A DNA stretch of 63,739 nucleotides, filler included, from Hausera hauseri (GCA_046269625.1; 10 parts of 10 records of this genome joined end to end with filler, not necessarily neighbours in it), one strand, 5' to 3'. Positions 1 to 11,523 are shown, numbered from the whole stretch's first letter. Numbers and translations are program-made. Notes: generated from the sequence alone by a model not told the origin.

Positions 1-985
1 GTCTATAACTTTTCTCATCCCCATTCGAATGCCTTTCGTCTACAATCTTACATTGTTCCCTATTCGATTCCAAACGACCAATACATATGATTCCCTTCTT
101 AACCACGAAATCAAGTTCCCACGTGATCATACAAAACCCATCAATCACTAACATAAGCATGCACGTACACATACGCCCCTTGCAACCTCTGTTGACACCC
201 ATTAAACGAGACAAAAGGAAGTAAGAAAAATAATTATAATAATCAATACCTTCAACTTTACATAACTTCTCTCGTTCGTTCCGACAACCACCGACAACGT
301 ACAGATCATCATGTGTCATTGCAGAAATTCCACTGAATAGAAAATTTTCCATCGAGGATGACAAAAACCATCGGTAATTCCATAACGAACATCTCAATAC
401 GATTAAATTCAGTGAAATACTTTCATTGAGTCTACCAAAAAGGCGATAGAAGTACCTCTGTCATTTAAAGTAAGAATTTGCGTGCCCATCACACATCTTG
501 GTCAAACAGGTAACCAGGTGATTCAATTTTCCTTTTAGTTTTAGTCCTCGTTCTAGCAATATTGTCGATAGGTTTCGTCTACGTTTTCTATAATGTAAGT
601 ATCGTCCTTCAGTCAACATACTCAAGTTTTTAAGATGTGCGGTTTCAATGTTATAAATCATGGGTATACCAACAGATTTCAACGTTACGTCATTATGTTT
701 GTTATCACTTATCAATTCTTCAACGATTGTCATAAAGATATTTGTATTATTAGCATAGGAGAAATATATTACAATAACTTTGCCAGTTGAATGAGATAAT
801 TTCCAATTTGACCATTTTTCAAACATTAGACTTGATATTTTCATTGTCATCACGAGAAATTTAGTTCCAAATTGATTCACAATCATTTTCCATAAACCTT
901 CAACATTTCTTTCATTTTTGGCACTGTGTCTGTAGATTCTGATTTCAGATAACCATTGATAGCTTTCCTCTGACTTATTTATCAT
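1..985 (-). pseudogene. LTR-encoded ORF, 3' copy (at least 328 codons, one internal TGA at 461-463), function unknown
   Basis: ORF 461..985 continues in the same frame after one TGA (QRYFYRLFG...LRCSLWNYRW...MLVIDG...) and stays open to position 1. That part aligns without gaps to ORF 7830..8306. Confidence 0.6.
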
Positions 986-1471
986 AATAGAAATTCTCTT
1001 AAAATTTTTAAATTTTCAAATTCCAAATTCTATAATTGTTGATCAATATACAATATTCTCTTTATTATTATTATCATCATTTATTCCTTCTTTCTATGCA
1101 TCTATTATAGACACACACGTATCTAATAACCCATATGTATTCCCCTCCATTATCTATATTCAAGGGCGTCCACAAGGGTTGCGTCACGATTACATAACAC
1201 ATATTTCAATTTCGCATTTCATATATATTTACATTTTTCAATCACACTCCCCTTTTTTCAACCTTACCACACACACAATTAACATTATAAACACAAATCT
1301 TATGTACAATATATGTATATAAGGTCAACATACCATACCTATTCACACACACCTATTTACAAATATATCTATTTAAACACGTTCATTTTTACACACTCTT
1401 TTCATTTATCCTGATCTTGATTTCTGATTGGATCGTTGCCGGATTTCCCAACTATGAATCGGGTCCCAACA
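1..1471 (-). repeat. 3' LTR of the BEL/Pao element (truncated at position 1)
   Basis: Begins TGTTGGGACCCGAT at 1471 on the minus strand, directly after a polypurine tract. Aligns by eye with ~7900-9258. Confidence 0.85.
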
Positions 1472-1485
1472 TTTCCACCCTCCTT
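1472..1485 (-). promoter_or_regulatory. Polypurine tract
   Basis: AAGGAGGGTGGAAA immediately 5' of the TG that starts the 3' LTR. Confidence 0.85.
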
Positions 1486-1499
1486 GGGGCAATCCGGCT

Positions 1500-2760
1500 C
1501 ATATATTTGTCTTCCACAATATCGATCGAATCCAACTGATTTTCTATTTTACACAGCTTGTGCACTGGGCTTTTATACATTTCCACGTTCAGTCTTAGCT
1601 CTACATCTCTTATAACGTTGTCTGTCCCTGGAAAAACCCTCGTTATTTCTGCGACCGGTCAGTGATTTAACTTTTCATTCTTCTTTAATAGCCACACTTT
1701 GTCTCCGATTTTCAATTCTATTTTTTCTTCTTTTATTCTATCACAAATTCGCCATTCAGATAGGAGTTCACTTCTCCAGCGATCCAAATATTCGTTGAGT
1801 AATTATTATATATATCTCCACTTATCTGCCAAGCTGCTCCTTCTCGTTCCGTTTATCTCCAAGGATGTTTTACCGTTGTGTCCAGCTATTATAAAATGGT
1901 TTGGAGTCAGAACGACATCGTTCTTACTGCCATCAACGACTCTAATTAGTGGCCGGCTATTCATTATTCCCTCGATCTCAATTAGTAATGTTTCCAGCTC
2001 TTCGTCTGTCAGGGTGGTTTCCGGAAGTAATTTGTTCAGCGCGTTTTTTACTGATTTGATTATTACTTCATAGACTTTCCCGAAATGAGGGGTACAGGAG
2101 GGTTGAATATCCACCTTATTTCAGTGTCCTTCAATTCTCTTTTAAGACTATATTTATCTATTTGAAATTTAGATATTTTTTGTTCGCTTCTATAAATGTT
2201 CCTCCGTTGTCGGAGACTATCAACGAAGATCTTTCCCTCCGACTTATAAAACGCTTGAGCACCTTTAGGAAAGAATTTGTGTCCAATCCTGTCAACAGTT
2301 CTACGTGCACCCCTCGACAGAGCAAACATGTAATTAGACATATGTACCTTTTTTCGTGTATCAAACCGCGTCTTTGTCGTGTTCTCACCGGTCCTGCAAA
2401 ATCAATTCCGACCTTGTCAAAGGCTTTAAGCGGTAGTTGTGTCCTAAACGCCGGTAATGGTGCCCTTTTGTCCGTATCCCCCTTGCATTTGACATTCTGC
2501 AAACCATACAGTAGTTCTGATACGCTTTGATTAGCTTCTTCATCCTGGGAAACCAATATCTACTACTTAACTCCGCAACTTGATAATTGACTCCCGCCGC
2601 GTGTCGCAGATTCAAATGTATGTCTTCAATAATCAATTTTGTTACGATGCTCTTCGGCGACAGTATTATTGGGTATTTTTGTTTCCAATTCAACCAAGAA
2701 GTAGTCATTCACCGGCTACCCGATCTCAATATGCCCTCGTCATCTAAAATGGGATTCATC
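1500..2760 (-). pseudogene. pol: BEL/Pao integrase (HHCC zinc domain, DDE core, C-terminal domain), frameshifted
   Basis: H...HAAGV...RYW...C..C, then GIDFAGP, RGVHVEL, KRFISRR, IVSDNG, IEGIMNSRPL, spread over ORFs 2385..2708, 2158..2556 and 1806..2114. Confidence 0.92.
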
Positions 2761-3099
2761 TTGGCGATAACACTTTTAGTACTAATTTCTCCATTAGATA
2801 ATAAACTTTTTATTTCCGCATGAAACTTTTTTCTTTGATCCTCCTTTATTATTTACAGTCTTGCTTTCTTTCTCAGATGTACTTCACTTAAGTTATTGGT
2901 TTTCTCTCTTAATGCAACTTCCCTTATTTTTTGTTTTACCACCTCCCAACGGGACTCTGCATCTTGTTCAATGTTAATCGTGCCATCCTAGCCCTGTTGC
3001 TCTCCCTTTGGTGTATCAGTTTCGAAAGTCATCAATGTGAACGCATCATTTCTCCTCTCCTCATCTTTCGGTTTCGTTAGTTCTCTGGGTTGAACCGGC

Positions 3100-3620
3100 C
3101 ATTGGTGTTCTGTCTTTCTTATAAATTCTGGACCGTTCCACCACTCTATTTTTTCTCGTAGCTCCTATATATCTAGTCCTCTAGAAAGATAGTCCGCTGG
3201 GTTGTGTTCCAATTTTACATATTTCCATTGATTACCGGTCGTTTCTTCTTGTATAAAACCCACTCTGTTAGCAACGAACGTTTTGTAATACTTACTGCAG
3301 CCTTTGATCCAAGACAGTATATTCATGCTATCTGTCCAGTACTGTACGTCTTCCTTCTCATTGCACAGGATCTTCCTCACCTTTCTCCCCAGCTTGACTC
3401 CTACACAGGCTGCCATCAATTCCAGTCTTGGTTTGGCGACACACTTTACTGGCGTTACCTTACCTTTCAAGCATATTATCGCTACTTTAATTTCTCCTTC
3501 CACTATCGATCTTAAATAAGCGACTGCCCCATAATCCTACCTTGAAGCGTAGCAAAAAATGTGTATCACAGTGCCGTCGCCTTCTTCAAAGTATAGATAT
3601 CTTGGTACCTTTATTGTACT
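3100..3620 (-). pseudogene. pol: BEL/Pao RNase H
   Basis: YGAVAYLR, PRLELMAA, WTDS, FVANRVGFIQ, WKYV...NPADYLSRG. Confidence 0.9.
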
Positions 3621-3979
3621 CAAACTATCCATGCCTTTTGCCCATTTCTTAATTTTCTTACTTCATGATCTCTTCATCCCAGTCCACACCCACCATCCAC
3701 AGTTGTTGCAATAACATTTTACCCAACAATGTGTAACAACTGAGGAAACCCAGTGGATCGAACACTTTTGCTAACGTGCTTAATAGTGTTCTCTTTGTTA
3801 CCTCCGTTTCTTGTTTATTACGGTCTTCAAAGTCGAATATATCGTCTTCAATTTTCTATTTCATCCCCAACGTCTTGGTAACAGTATCAGTTTTTTCCGA
3901 TATATTAAATCCTTTGCTCGACTCATAACAGGTACTATGTTCATTAACTCACCAGAATTTTATACCCACTTGTGTGGTT

Positions 3980-4996
3980 TCATTCCAGCTTTCTTCCACT
4001 TAGTTCACCGTATAACGAAACATCTTCTTTCTCTGTACTCACTGAATCGATACAGTCATCCATGTACGTAGAATACTCTATCGTCTCTACAGCTCTGGGA
4101 AATTGTTCTTTGAATTTTTCGGCGTTGTGCCTTGATACTAATTGTGCCAGAAAAGTAGAGGAGTTCAACCCAAATACCAGTCCATTGAACTCGTGTGTTT
4201 TGAGTTTCCCATCCTTATACCACAAAAACCTCAGATATTTGTTGTCCTCTGGTTTTATTTTGATCTGTAGGAACATTTCTTGTATATAACATACTACCAC
4301 CCGTGGTCTTTTTCTCATCCTTAATATGATATCCACAATATTCAACTGCAACTTCGGGCCGGGATCCAGGAAATCGTTCAGACACGTCCCTCGATATTTC
4401 GAAGCAGCATCGAAAACTATCCGACATTTCGTAGTGTCCCTTTTGACCTTCATTATGGGGAAGTGTGGTAACAACCAGGCCGTCTCTTGTCCTTTCTGTT
4501 CCTCTATTTCTCGAATATATCCTTCTTTAGTATGCGTTTCTATCACATTTTCATAAGCTGCCTTTGCCGTTTTATTTTTATCCAGCTTTTCCGTTAATGT
4601 TTTCAACCGTTTTTTTGCTATCCATTCATTATTTTCCAATTTTCGTTGTTTTCTTTCGTTCCACGGCAATGGCACACAGTATCTATTTTCCTCGTAAGTC
4701 GTTTCATCTAGTATACTCTTCACTGTTTTATCGTCTCGTTTGGACCTCTCAGGCTCATTCACATCCATATTAAATTCTATCTCCCATAATCTGTTCAAGT
4801 CGTTTTGAATTTTTTCTGTCCTAGTCCAAAAGGTCCTCACAAAATTACTATTTATCACTTTCCTTTCCTTTTTTACTTGTCCTACACAGGTCCAACCTAG
4901 CGGTGTTAATCGTGCCACCGGCGCTCTCCTTTTACCATATACCTCTTTGATCGACTTGTGCAATTCCATAAGATTAGTCCCGATGATTCCATCCAC
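3980..4996 (-). pseudogene. pol: BEL/Pao reverse transcriptase
   Basis: YCVPLPW, LPHFP, RIVFDAAS, LNDFLDPGP, EMFLQI, LRFLW, FGLNSS, YMDD. Confidence 0.95.
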
Positions 4997-5044
4997 TTCC
5001 GACCTAGGTGATTTTCTGGGAAACTTAAAATCCTTTAGGTGTGG

Positions 5045-5497
5045 TCATTTCTGTTTTTCTGTAAACCAATCTACTGCCCTCATTTGCCACTTTGTGTATC
5101 TCATAGCTAGCGCTTCGAATTTAACTTTCATTGACCGTTCCATATTTAATAACACCATATTTACCCTATCGATGGACATCTTAGTCTGCTTCCCTCTGAC
5201 AACTGTTATCGTCAACTTTTCCGTCTTCTTACCGACACCCAATTCCTCACATAGTCTTGAATCGACGAAGCTCTCGGTACTAGCATCGTCCAACAACATT
5301 ATTGCTCTTTTCATCCTATCCCCATTCTTCAACCGCACTTCTACCGTTTTTAGATCTATCCTCTCTTCCTGTTCGCTCGCTTCTGGAAGGCCTTGGGTCA
5401 CATAAGCTCTAACACCCTTTTGTTTATTTTGTACCTCCTTCCCTTCTTTTTCTTTCGACATCCTTGACGTAGATTCTTCTGTTGTTGCACCCACCAT
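5045..5497 (-). pseudogene. pol: BEL/Pao aspartic protease region
   Basis: AIMLLDDASTESFV active-site motif, followed downstream by the DGIIG flap motif. Confidence 0.8.
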
Positions 5498-5581
5498 TTT
5501 TTCACTTGAAATTTTAGTTTTTCGTTCTGATTTTTCCTTATTTTTGCCCTCCTTATCTGACTTCTTATTACCAGTTTTTTC

Positions 5582-5727
5582 ATGTATAAATTTACAATTA
5601 TTCCCATACTTACATTCCCCTTTTCATAATACCCACACAACCTCCTTTGATCGTCTGTACTAGGTAGGTGTGAATATTTACAATTCTCGCCGAATTTGCA
5701 TCGACCGTTCTTATCAAAACTCCAGCA
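5582..5727 (-). other. Tandem CCCH zinc fingers at the Gag C-terminus
   Basis: CWSFDKNGRCKFGENCKYSH is C-x8-C-x5-C-x3-H. Across a 1-nt frameshift near 5615, CGYYEKG(E)CKYGNNCKFIH is C-x7-C-x5-C-x3-H, and the shifted frame joins ORF 5045..5497. Confidence 0.88.
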
Positions 5728-5782
5728 TCTTTGTGACCGATCCTCACGTGGGATGTTAGAACGATTAGATTGCATCTCTTCT

Positions 5783-7234
5783 TTAATCTTTTAATCTTGC
5801 TTTAAACTTTGTGTTTTCATATTCTCGTGATCCTTTTGTAAAATACGTTCTTTTACTTTCTACCAATGAATATCGACCACCTTGACCTGTATTGAACGTC
5901 TCTATCCCTCTCACTCTCTCTATAGTATTACTTATGACTATCGCTTCCTTTTCGATCCAATTCTTCAGTTCCAGAACTGTCCTGTCTGACTTTTTATCTA
6001 TCACATGCCTTTCCCTAAGAAGTGCTATCGATTCTGCAAGCTTTTCCACGAGGCTCTGGTACAACAGACCCCCAGTAAGTTCTTTTGCTCTTCCTAGACT
6101 CCTCAATCTCACGATTATTCCTTCCAGTAACGCTACAAATTCGTCTAATCCTTTTATATCATCCTCCTCTACTGCCTGAAATCTTATTACCTCGGTCATG
6201 AACGCTGCATAGCAGCATTGTTCGCCCCCATAATAGGAATCCAATTTCGCCAGAGATGCCTTGTACCCCTATTTTGATAAATCGAAATTTTCGACTAGCC
6301 TTTTCGGCTCTTTATACAAGAATTGGTTCTGCTGTAGTCGTTTGTATATTTCCGACATTGTAGTTTTGTGGATACAAGTGTCAAAGGTCTTCTTCCATTT
6401 GTCGTACTCTGTAATGACCCCTCCAAATTTCGGTAACTCTAATTTTTGTAACTTCGGCAATATTGTTTTTTCTCTTTTTTCCTTTTCGGACTTCCCATTG
6501 ACTATCATCATCTTGTTTTCTCTCGAACGTCTCTCATAGATGACCGCGTTGATTTTTTTATTTTGATCACCTAACTATTCCATGTCATTCTCCAGTAGCA
6601 TAAGGTTCTCTTTCTTCCTCAATTTTCTTGCTGCAGTAGTTAATACACACAGCTCCCCTTGAAGATCGGTATAAGCTTTTTTATATTTCTGGTGATAGAC
6701 TTTGTATTCCTGATCATCCAAGTTTTCATTTATCAACTTTCTCCGAATCGTTGATAAATCATTGATGAATTTACGCCGTTCTGACAGCCTATCCTCCAAC
6801 TCTTCTGCAGTTAACTCACTTCCACCCTTTAGCCACAACTGTAAATGAATAGTCACATCCTTTTGAATATTGTATTCACTAAGTTTTCTACCGTCCTTTA
6901 GTTGTATCCCATTATATACCAACCGTTGTTGGTCTGTGGGGATTCCTTCTCTTTCCTCGATAACCGACTTCAATATTTCTACTTTATCCCACAATTTTAT
7001 AGCCGTTACAATTATTTTTCCTGAAATTGTTTCGAGAAAGACCGTCGAATCCGATCCTTTTGCTCTAACTGCTTCTTCTTGTGCCAAACTCCCGAAGCCG
7101 GGTTATTCTCTTTCTTTCATCCTAACTGACTCTCGCTTTAATTGTGACTTGTCCTCATCGGATTTACTATCATCAGTGAATTCCATTATCTTCCTTGGTT
7201 TTACACTACTAATTCGCGGTTTTTGTCCGGCCAT
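5783..7234 (-). pseudogene. gag: BEL/Pao Gag with N-terminal ubiquitin domain; interrupted by premature stops
   Basis: ATG at 7234 (MAGQKPR...) is in frame with 6575..7087 across a TAA at 7103-7105. The capsid-type region reads LPKLQKLELPKFGG...W...F...IH, then LDSYYGG...LVEKL. Confidence 0.85.
6821..7048 (-). other. Ubiquitin domain (76 aa, ends LKGG) inside Gag
   Basis: [11 protein letters not shown]...[43 protein letters not shown] aligns without gaps to ubiquitin ([43 protein letters not shown]). Confidence 0.95.
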
Positions 7235-7671
7235 TTTGACTTGATTCTTGGCAACATTGAACCTGGGATATCTTATGATTCCCCACAATTTGTTTAACAT
7301 TTTAAGACAGTTTGTTTCGAACAAAAACCTTTGTTTCCTTTTCCAGTCAGTCCACGATTTTATCCATTGTTGTCTATCCTCTCCCGCCTATAGGTATAGA
7401 CAGTAGGATTCTTTTCTTTTAAATTATTATCGTCCTCGGCGCAAGATTCCGTAACTCCCCATGTTAGCGTCACCTTTGTGAAATAGTCACGATGTTTCAT
7501 TATTTTCACTCCACCATATCTCCTCATCGTGCATATTTTACATAAAGTTCCCGCATTTATTTTAACATTCAAATGGAAGGAATAAGTTCCGGAAACAAGG
7601 AGACGGACATGGATGCTTCGAAAGACCAATGCTTCACGTGGCCTGCGCCCGTGAATCACGGTGCGGAGCAC

Positions 7672-7690
7672 AAACCACGCTCTGCTACCA
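7672..7690 (-). promoter_or_regulatory. Primer binding site, initiator tRNA-Met type
   Basis: TGGTAGCAGAGCGTGGTTT, complementary to an invertebrate-type tRNAi-Met 3' end (...AAACCACGCTCTGCTACCA), lying between the 5' LTR and gag. Confidence 0.8.
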
Positions 7691-7695
7691 ACAAA

Positions 7696-9258
7696 TGGAT
7701 ACATTAAATAGAAAATATACGTTATATTCCTTTGGATGTTATTTTTCCCTTCACCCAAATAATACACCTCATTCATAACATTACGACGTATAATTTTCTT
7801 TACAAGTTTCTCTCTGGGCCTATTTCTTTTCAAGCCTTTTTGTTTTCATACTGATTTACCTCGTCCATCACGCTTGATCGTCCAAAAAATGTACCCCCAA
7901 CAAACTTGTTCCTTACTCCACCCAACTTGACCTCCCCGTTTTCAAGATCCGTTCTTCCCTTTTTCAATTCCTCTAGTTCGTTCTGACTAATGCATATAAC
8001 TCCTCCTATAACCCCAGCATTCAACCTGAGCATGATCACAAAAACCCCATCAATCACTAACATAAACACACATACGCTCATACTTCGCTTGCAACCTCCG
8101 CCGACATCCCCGAGACAAGATAAAGAGAAACAATGAAAACGGTTATAATAAACAATACCTCTGAACTTGTACACCATCTCCAGTCCGTTCTGACGACTAC
8201 TAATATCACGTAAATAACTACATGTCACCACTGAGAGATCACAGAACAGATTCATTCCCAACGAGGTTCGCGAGTCCCACCGACAGGTCCATAATGAACG
8301 TCTCAAGGCGGTAGAGTAATTTTGAAAATCACATCGTAAATATTTATCTCCAGCATATACCTTCGAAAATCAACTTTTGTTGTGACGGTAGTTTCGAAGA
8401 ACATTGTTTGTCTATTTTTTGACGTAGGCTCAATTGCTTGGTCGACGCATTTAAATTCCAAAGGTAGATCATATCATTATGTTTGAGGTCAAATTCATCT
8501 TTTATTTTCATTAATTCAACGACAGGTTTATCAACATCATCTAATTTATCAACGTTTTCCAAATGATCCTCTGAATTAGAACAAAGAAATTCCCAAATTA
8601 ACACTTTCTTTGAATTCATAGTAAACACAATCATTACCAACTTTCGGAATTTGTTTTCTGTATGATTTTTCGTCAATTTCTTTATAGTTTCATTAGATTT
8701 CTATCCTTTGAAATGAGCTTTACAATTAAGGACAATTAACAACTCTCCACAAGATTGAATATTCTGATCTATCATCTATCTTTATGTATTCCAAATTAAC
8801 AATATTTCAAAATTTTAAAATTTAAATTTATTAATTCTTAATAATTTATCAATTTGCAATATATTCCCTTTGCAATATATATTTCTACCTTTGTACTTAT
8901 TCACTATAGGCACGTCATATATAACCGCCCACACAGATCCTCCTCCCTCCGCCTCTATGGGTGTCCACGGGGTTACGTCACAATTGCATAATTCACACGT
9001 GTTTACATTTTCTGATCAAACACACCTCTTTTCTCAACCGGACCTCATACACACACAATTTCAACACAATAAATATAAAATATTATGTACAATATATATA
9101 ATACCAGCATACCCGTTCCCATTCCTATACACACATACCTATGGACAGCTACATCTATTTACACACATTCATCTTTACACATACTCTTTCGTTTACCCTA
9201 ATGTTGATTTCTGATTGGATCGTTGCCGAATTTCCAAACTAACAATCGGGTCCCAGCA
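7696..9258 (-). repeat. 5' LTR of the BEL/Pao element (~1.6 kb; inner boundary uncertain, ~7696 or 7630)
   Basis: Begins TGCTGGGACCCGAT at 9258, is homologous to 1..1471, and ends near the PBS candidates. Confidence 0.75.
7830..8775 (-). pseudogene. LTR-encoded ORF, 5' copy (one in-frame stop and one frameshift), function unknown
   Basis: ATG at 8775 lies 483 nt from the LTR start (486 nt in the 3' copy) and is in frame with 8344..8676. A frameshift then leads into 7830..8306, which is homologous to the ORF in the other LTR. Confidence 0.55.
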
Positions 9259-9960
9259 GTTCTTTTCCATTCTAATTACAGCCGTTCGTGTCAAATGTCG
9301 TTAACAAGAAACAGACTCAATTAGATAAATTGCTAATTATTTTTTATCCATGCAGTTATACGAGATGCGTTGTGAAATTAGATTGTACAAAATGCCTTTT
9401 TCAAAACATTATTTTTTACTCCATTTAACACACTCATGAAATTTCGAAAATGTTTTTGTCTAGTTTGCATTTCAATGTTAAGAAAATCATAAAACGCAAT
9501 TTTTTAACAATCAATTAAAAGACACCTATATTTACAATTAAAATGTTCAATAAGGACCTCCATATGATGGGAAATTGACAATTCTTTTACAATCCCTCTT
9601 ATTATGTATTTATAACATTAATGACTTTGACAATAATTGAATACCTGTGACCTTACGATAACTTTAAAATTACCACGATGACTCATTAGAGGGGTCGATG
9701 AAGTTAGCAGTCTGTTTCGTAACAGTTACCCTACAATTGAAGGGTCAATGATATAGGTCTCTCGAGAAAGTTAGCACCAAGCACCCGCATCGAGCTGTAT
9801 TTCTATGAGTTTAGATTTATATCTCCAACAGTTATTGTGGTGTCAACCGTATGTTGCGGTCCCTTGGCCCATTTTAGTCGGGAACAGCCGAATGCGACAG
9901 TTTAGTCCCGACGGTGTAGCTAGCCGAAGGTCGGCTGTCCTCTCTTGGAGGATCTTGTCG

Positions 9961-10988
9961 ATGTTTACAAATTTATCAGTTTGGAATCGTCAGCATTTAA
10001 ATGAATATCTTTTGAAAGCAAATCAACTTTTGAGAAATTCAAATTTACAAATTTCACCGAAATGTGATGAATTTAAGCGTGCCGATTTTATATTCAAGCA
10101 GTCGGAAGTAGATAGTTTTTATTCTTTACCTGGAATTCCTCTCTCAGACGAAACTCCAATTATTAATGATGATGAAGTGATTAATTATGATATTGAGCAG
10201 ATTAATACGGATGTCATTAGTAAAATTGATTTCGCCGATATTTCTAAAAAGCTCGATGACTATAACCAATTATTCAAACTGTACAAGAAAGGAAAATTAA
10301 AGTCACTTGAAAGTAAATTACCGAGATCCAATTTAGCAAGATTGATAAAAGAAAAAGCTCGACAGTTAAAGCTTTTCTCAGCTCACCAAAGGCAGCCTAT
10401 GTATCGTGCGTCATCAGGGCGTATTGCATCTAGAACTTTAAGTGCTTTTAGTTATGAAACAAGGGAAACGGTGAGTAAACTTAGTCGAAAAGAAATGGAA
10501 ATTATCAAAGGCAATGAAACGATAATTGACGACGACAATCAGAAAATAAAAATCACAATAACCGATGGATATAAAAAGTCAGTCAGCTGTTTTTGGAATA
10601 TTCCATTCCGAGTGCAGTTACCACTAAAGATTCGAACAAGTTGCCATATTTTCAGAGAGAACTTTTGGTAAGTAATCCAAAAGGGAATAATAAAATCCAT
10701 ACTTTAAATGTAAACTTCCAAGCATTAGGAGCCGAATTTAAAACAGACGCAATGTTTAAGAAAGAACAGTTTGATGATATTCCATTTACATTTGCAACAA
10801 CTCCTGTTTCCGGTTTCGTTTCTCGTCAAAGATGTATTAGTGCAAATCAGAAATTGAAATTCTCCAGGCCGATTTCAACGATGTCAGTCGTTTCTAGTCA
10901 AAGATTAATTGCTCAGGAAACTGTGCATGATGATTTTGTAAACAAGAGTATAGATCGTTTTATGAGCTCAATTAGTGCACATGCTTAA
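9961..10988 (+). CDS. Unknown intronless protein (~340 aa) split by a probable frameshift near 10590
   Basis: Overlapping ORFs 9805..10671 and 10593..10988 with protein-like composition in AT-rich surroundings. No motif recognised. Confidence 0.4.
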
Positions 10989-11523
10989 TCGTCTGCGGTA
11001 ATTCATTTGTTCAATTTGACATTTATTTGTTACAATATGTAAATTAGTTAATTTGTTTAAATATTGAATAAATATCCGACGATTTGAATTTTGCGATTTG
11101 AAATTTAGTTCGGCCACTTTCTTTCTGAATTTGATATTTAACTGCAGTCCAACATTTCCCGTTTCAAAGTGAATTTGCAATATCGTGAAATCCTGAGATT
11201 TGGTTTTCATTCCACTTTTTTGAAATCCAGATTTTTCACTGGTCGAATTTCCTGCACACGTCTCAACAACCATTAGTAACGATATACGATATAATAGAAC
11301 CATCCAGCCAAAACGATCGGTGTCTATAGAAAACTAGACCTTTCGAGTTTGTACTTGTTAACTAATGAAGTATAATCGTTAATTAATATTAAACTTTACT
11401 TTCTGTCTATCCTATAATGATATCTAAGTATTTTACTATAAATTGCCACTTATTCATTATATGCCACGTTGTACCGACGCTTAAATGCTTCTAATTAACT
11501 CAAATATTACTTATTTAGATCGG

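Larger units (their letters stand above)
1..9258 (-). mobile_element. BEL/Pao LTR retrotransposon, decayed; 3' LTR cut by window start
   Basis: Order on the minus strand is LTR, PBS, gag, PR, RT, RNase H, IN, PPT, LTR. Pao-type motifs include KLELPKFGG, PVARLTPLGW, TTKCRIVFDAAS, YMDD, FVANRV, NPADYLSRG, GIDFAGP, NSRPL and LTPNHF. Confidence 0.95.

Noticed and set aside
5270-5300. Protease motif LDDAS instead of D(S/T)G
   Set aside because: As far as I know this variant occurs in other BEL/Pao elements, so it is not evidence of novelty.
1699-7244. Many plus-strand ORFs over the BEL element (e.g. 2162..2530, 4947..5405, 6870..7244)
   Set aside because: Antisense shadows of gag-pol with no motifs.
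7360-7833. 157-aa ORF upstream of gag
   Set aside because: It crosses the LTR end and PBS, has no recognisable motif and has no second copy to test. Treated as probably incidental.
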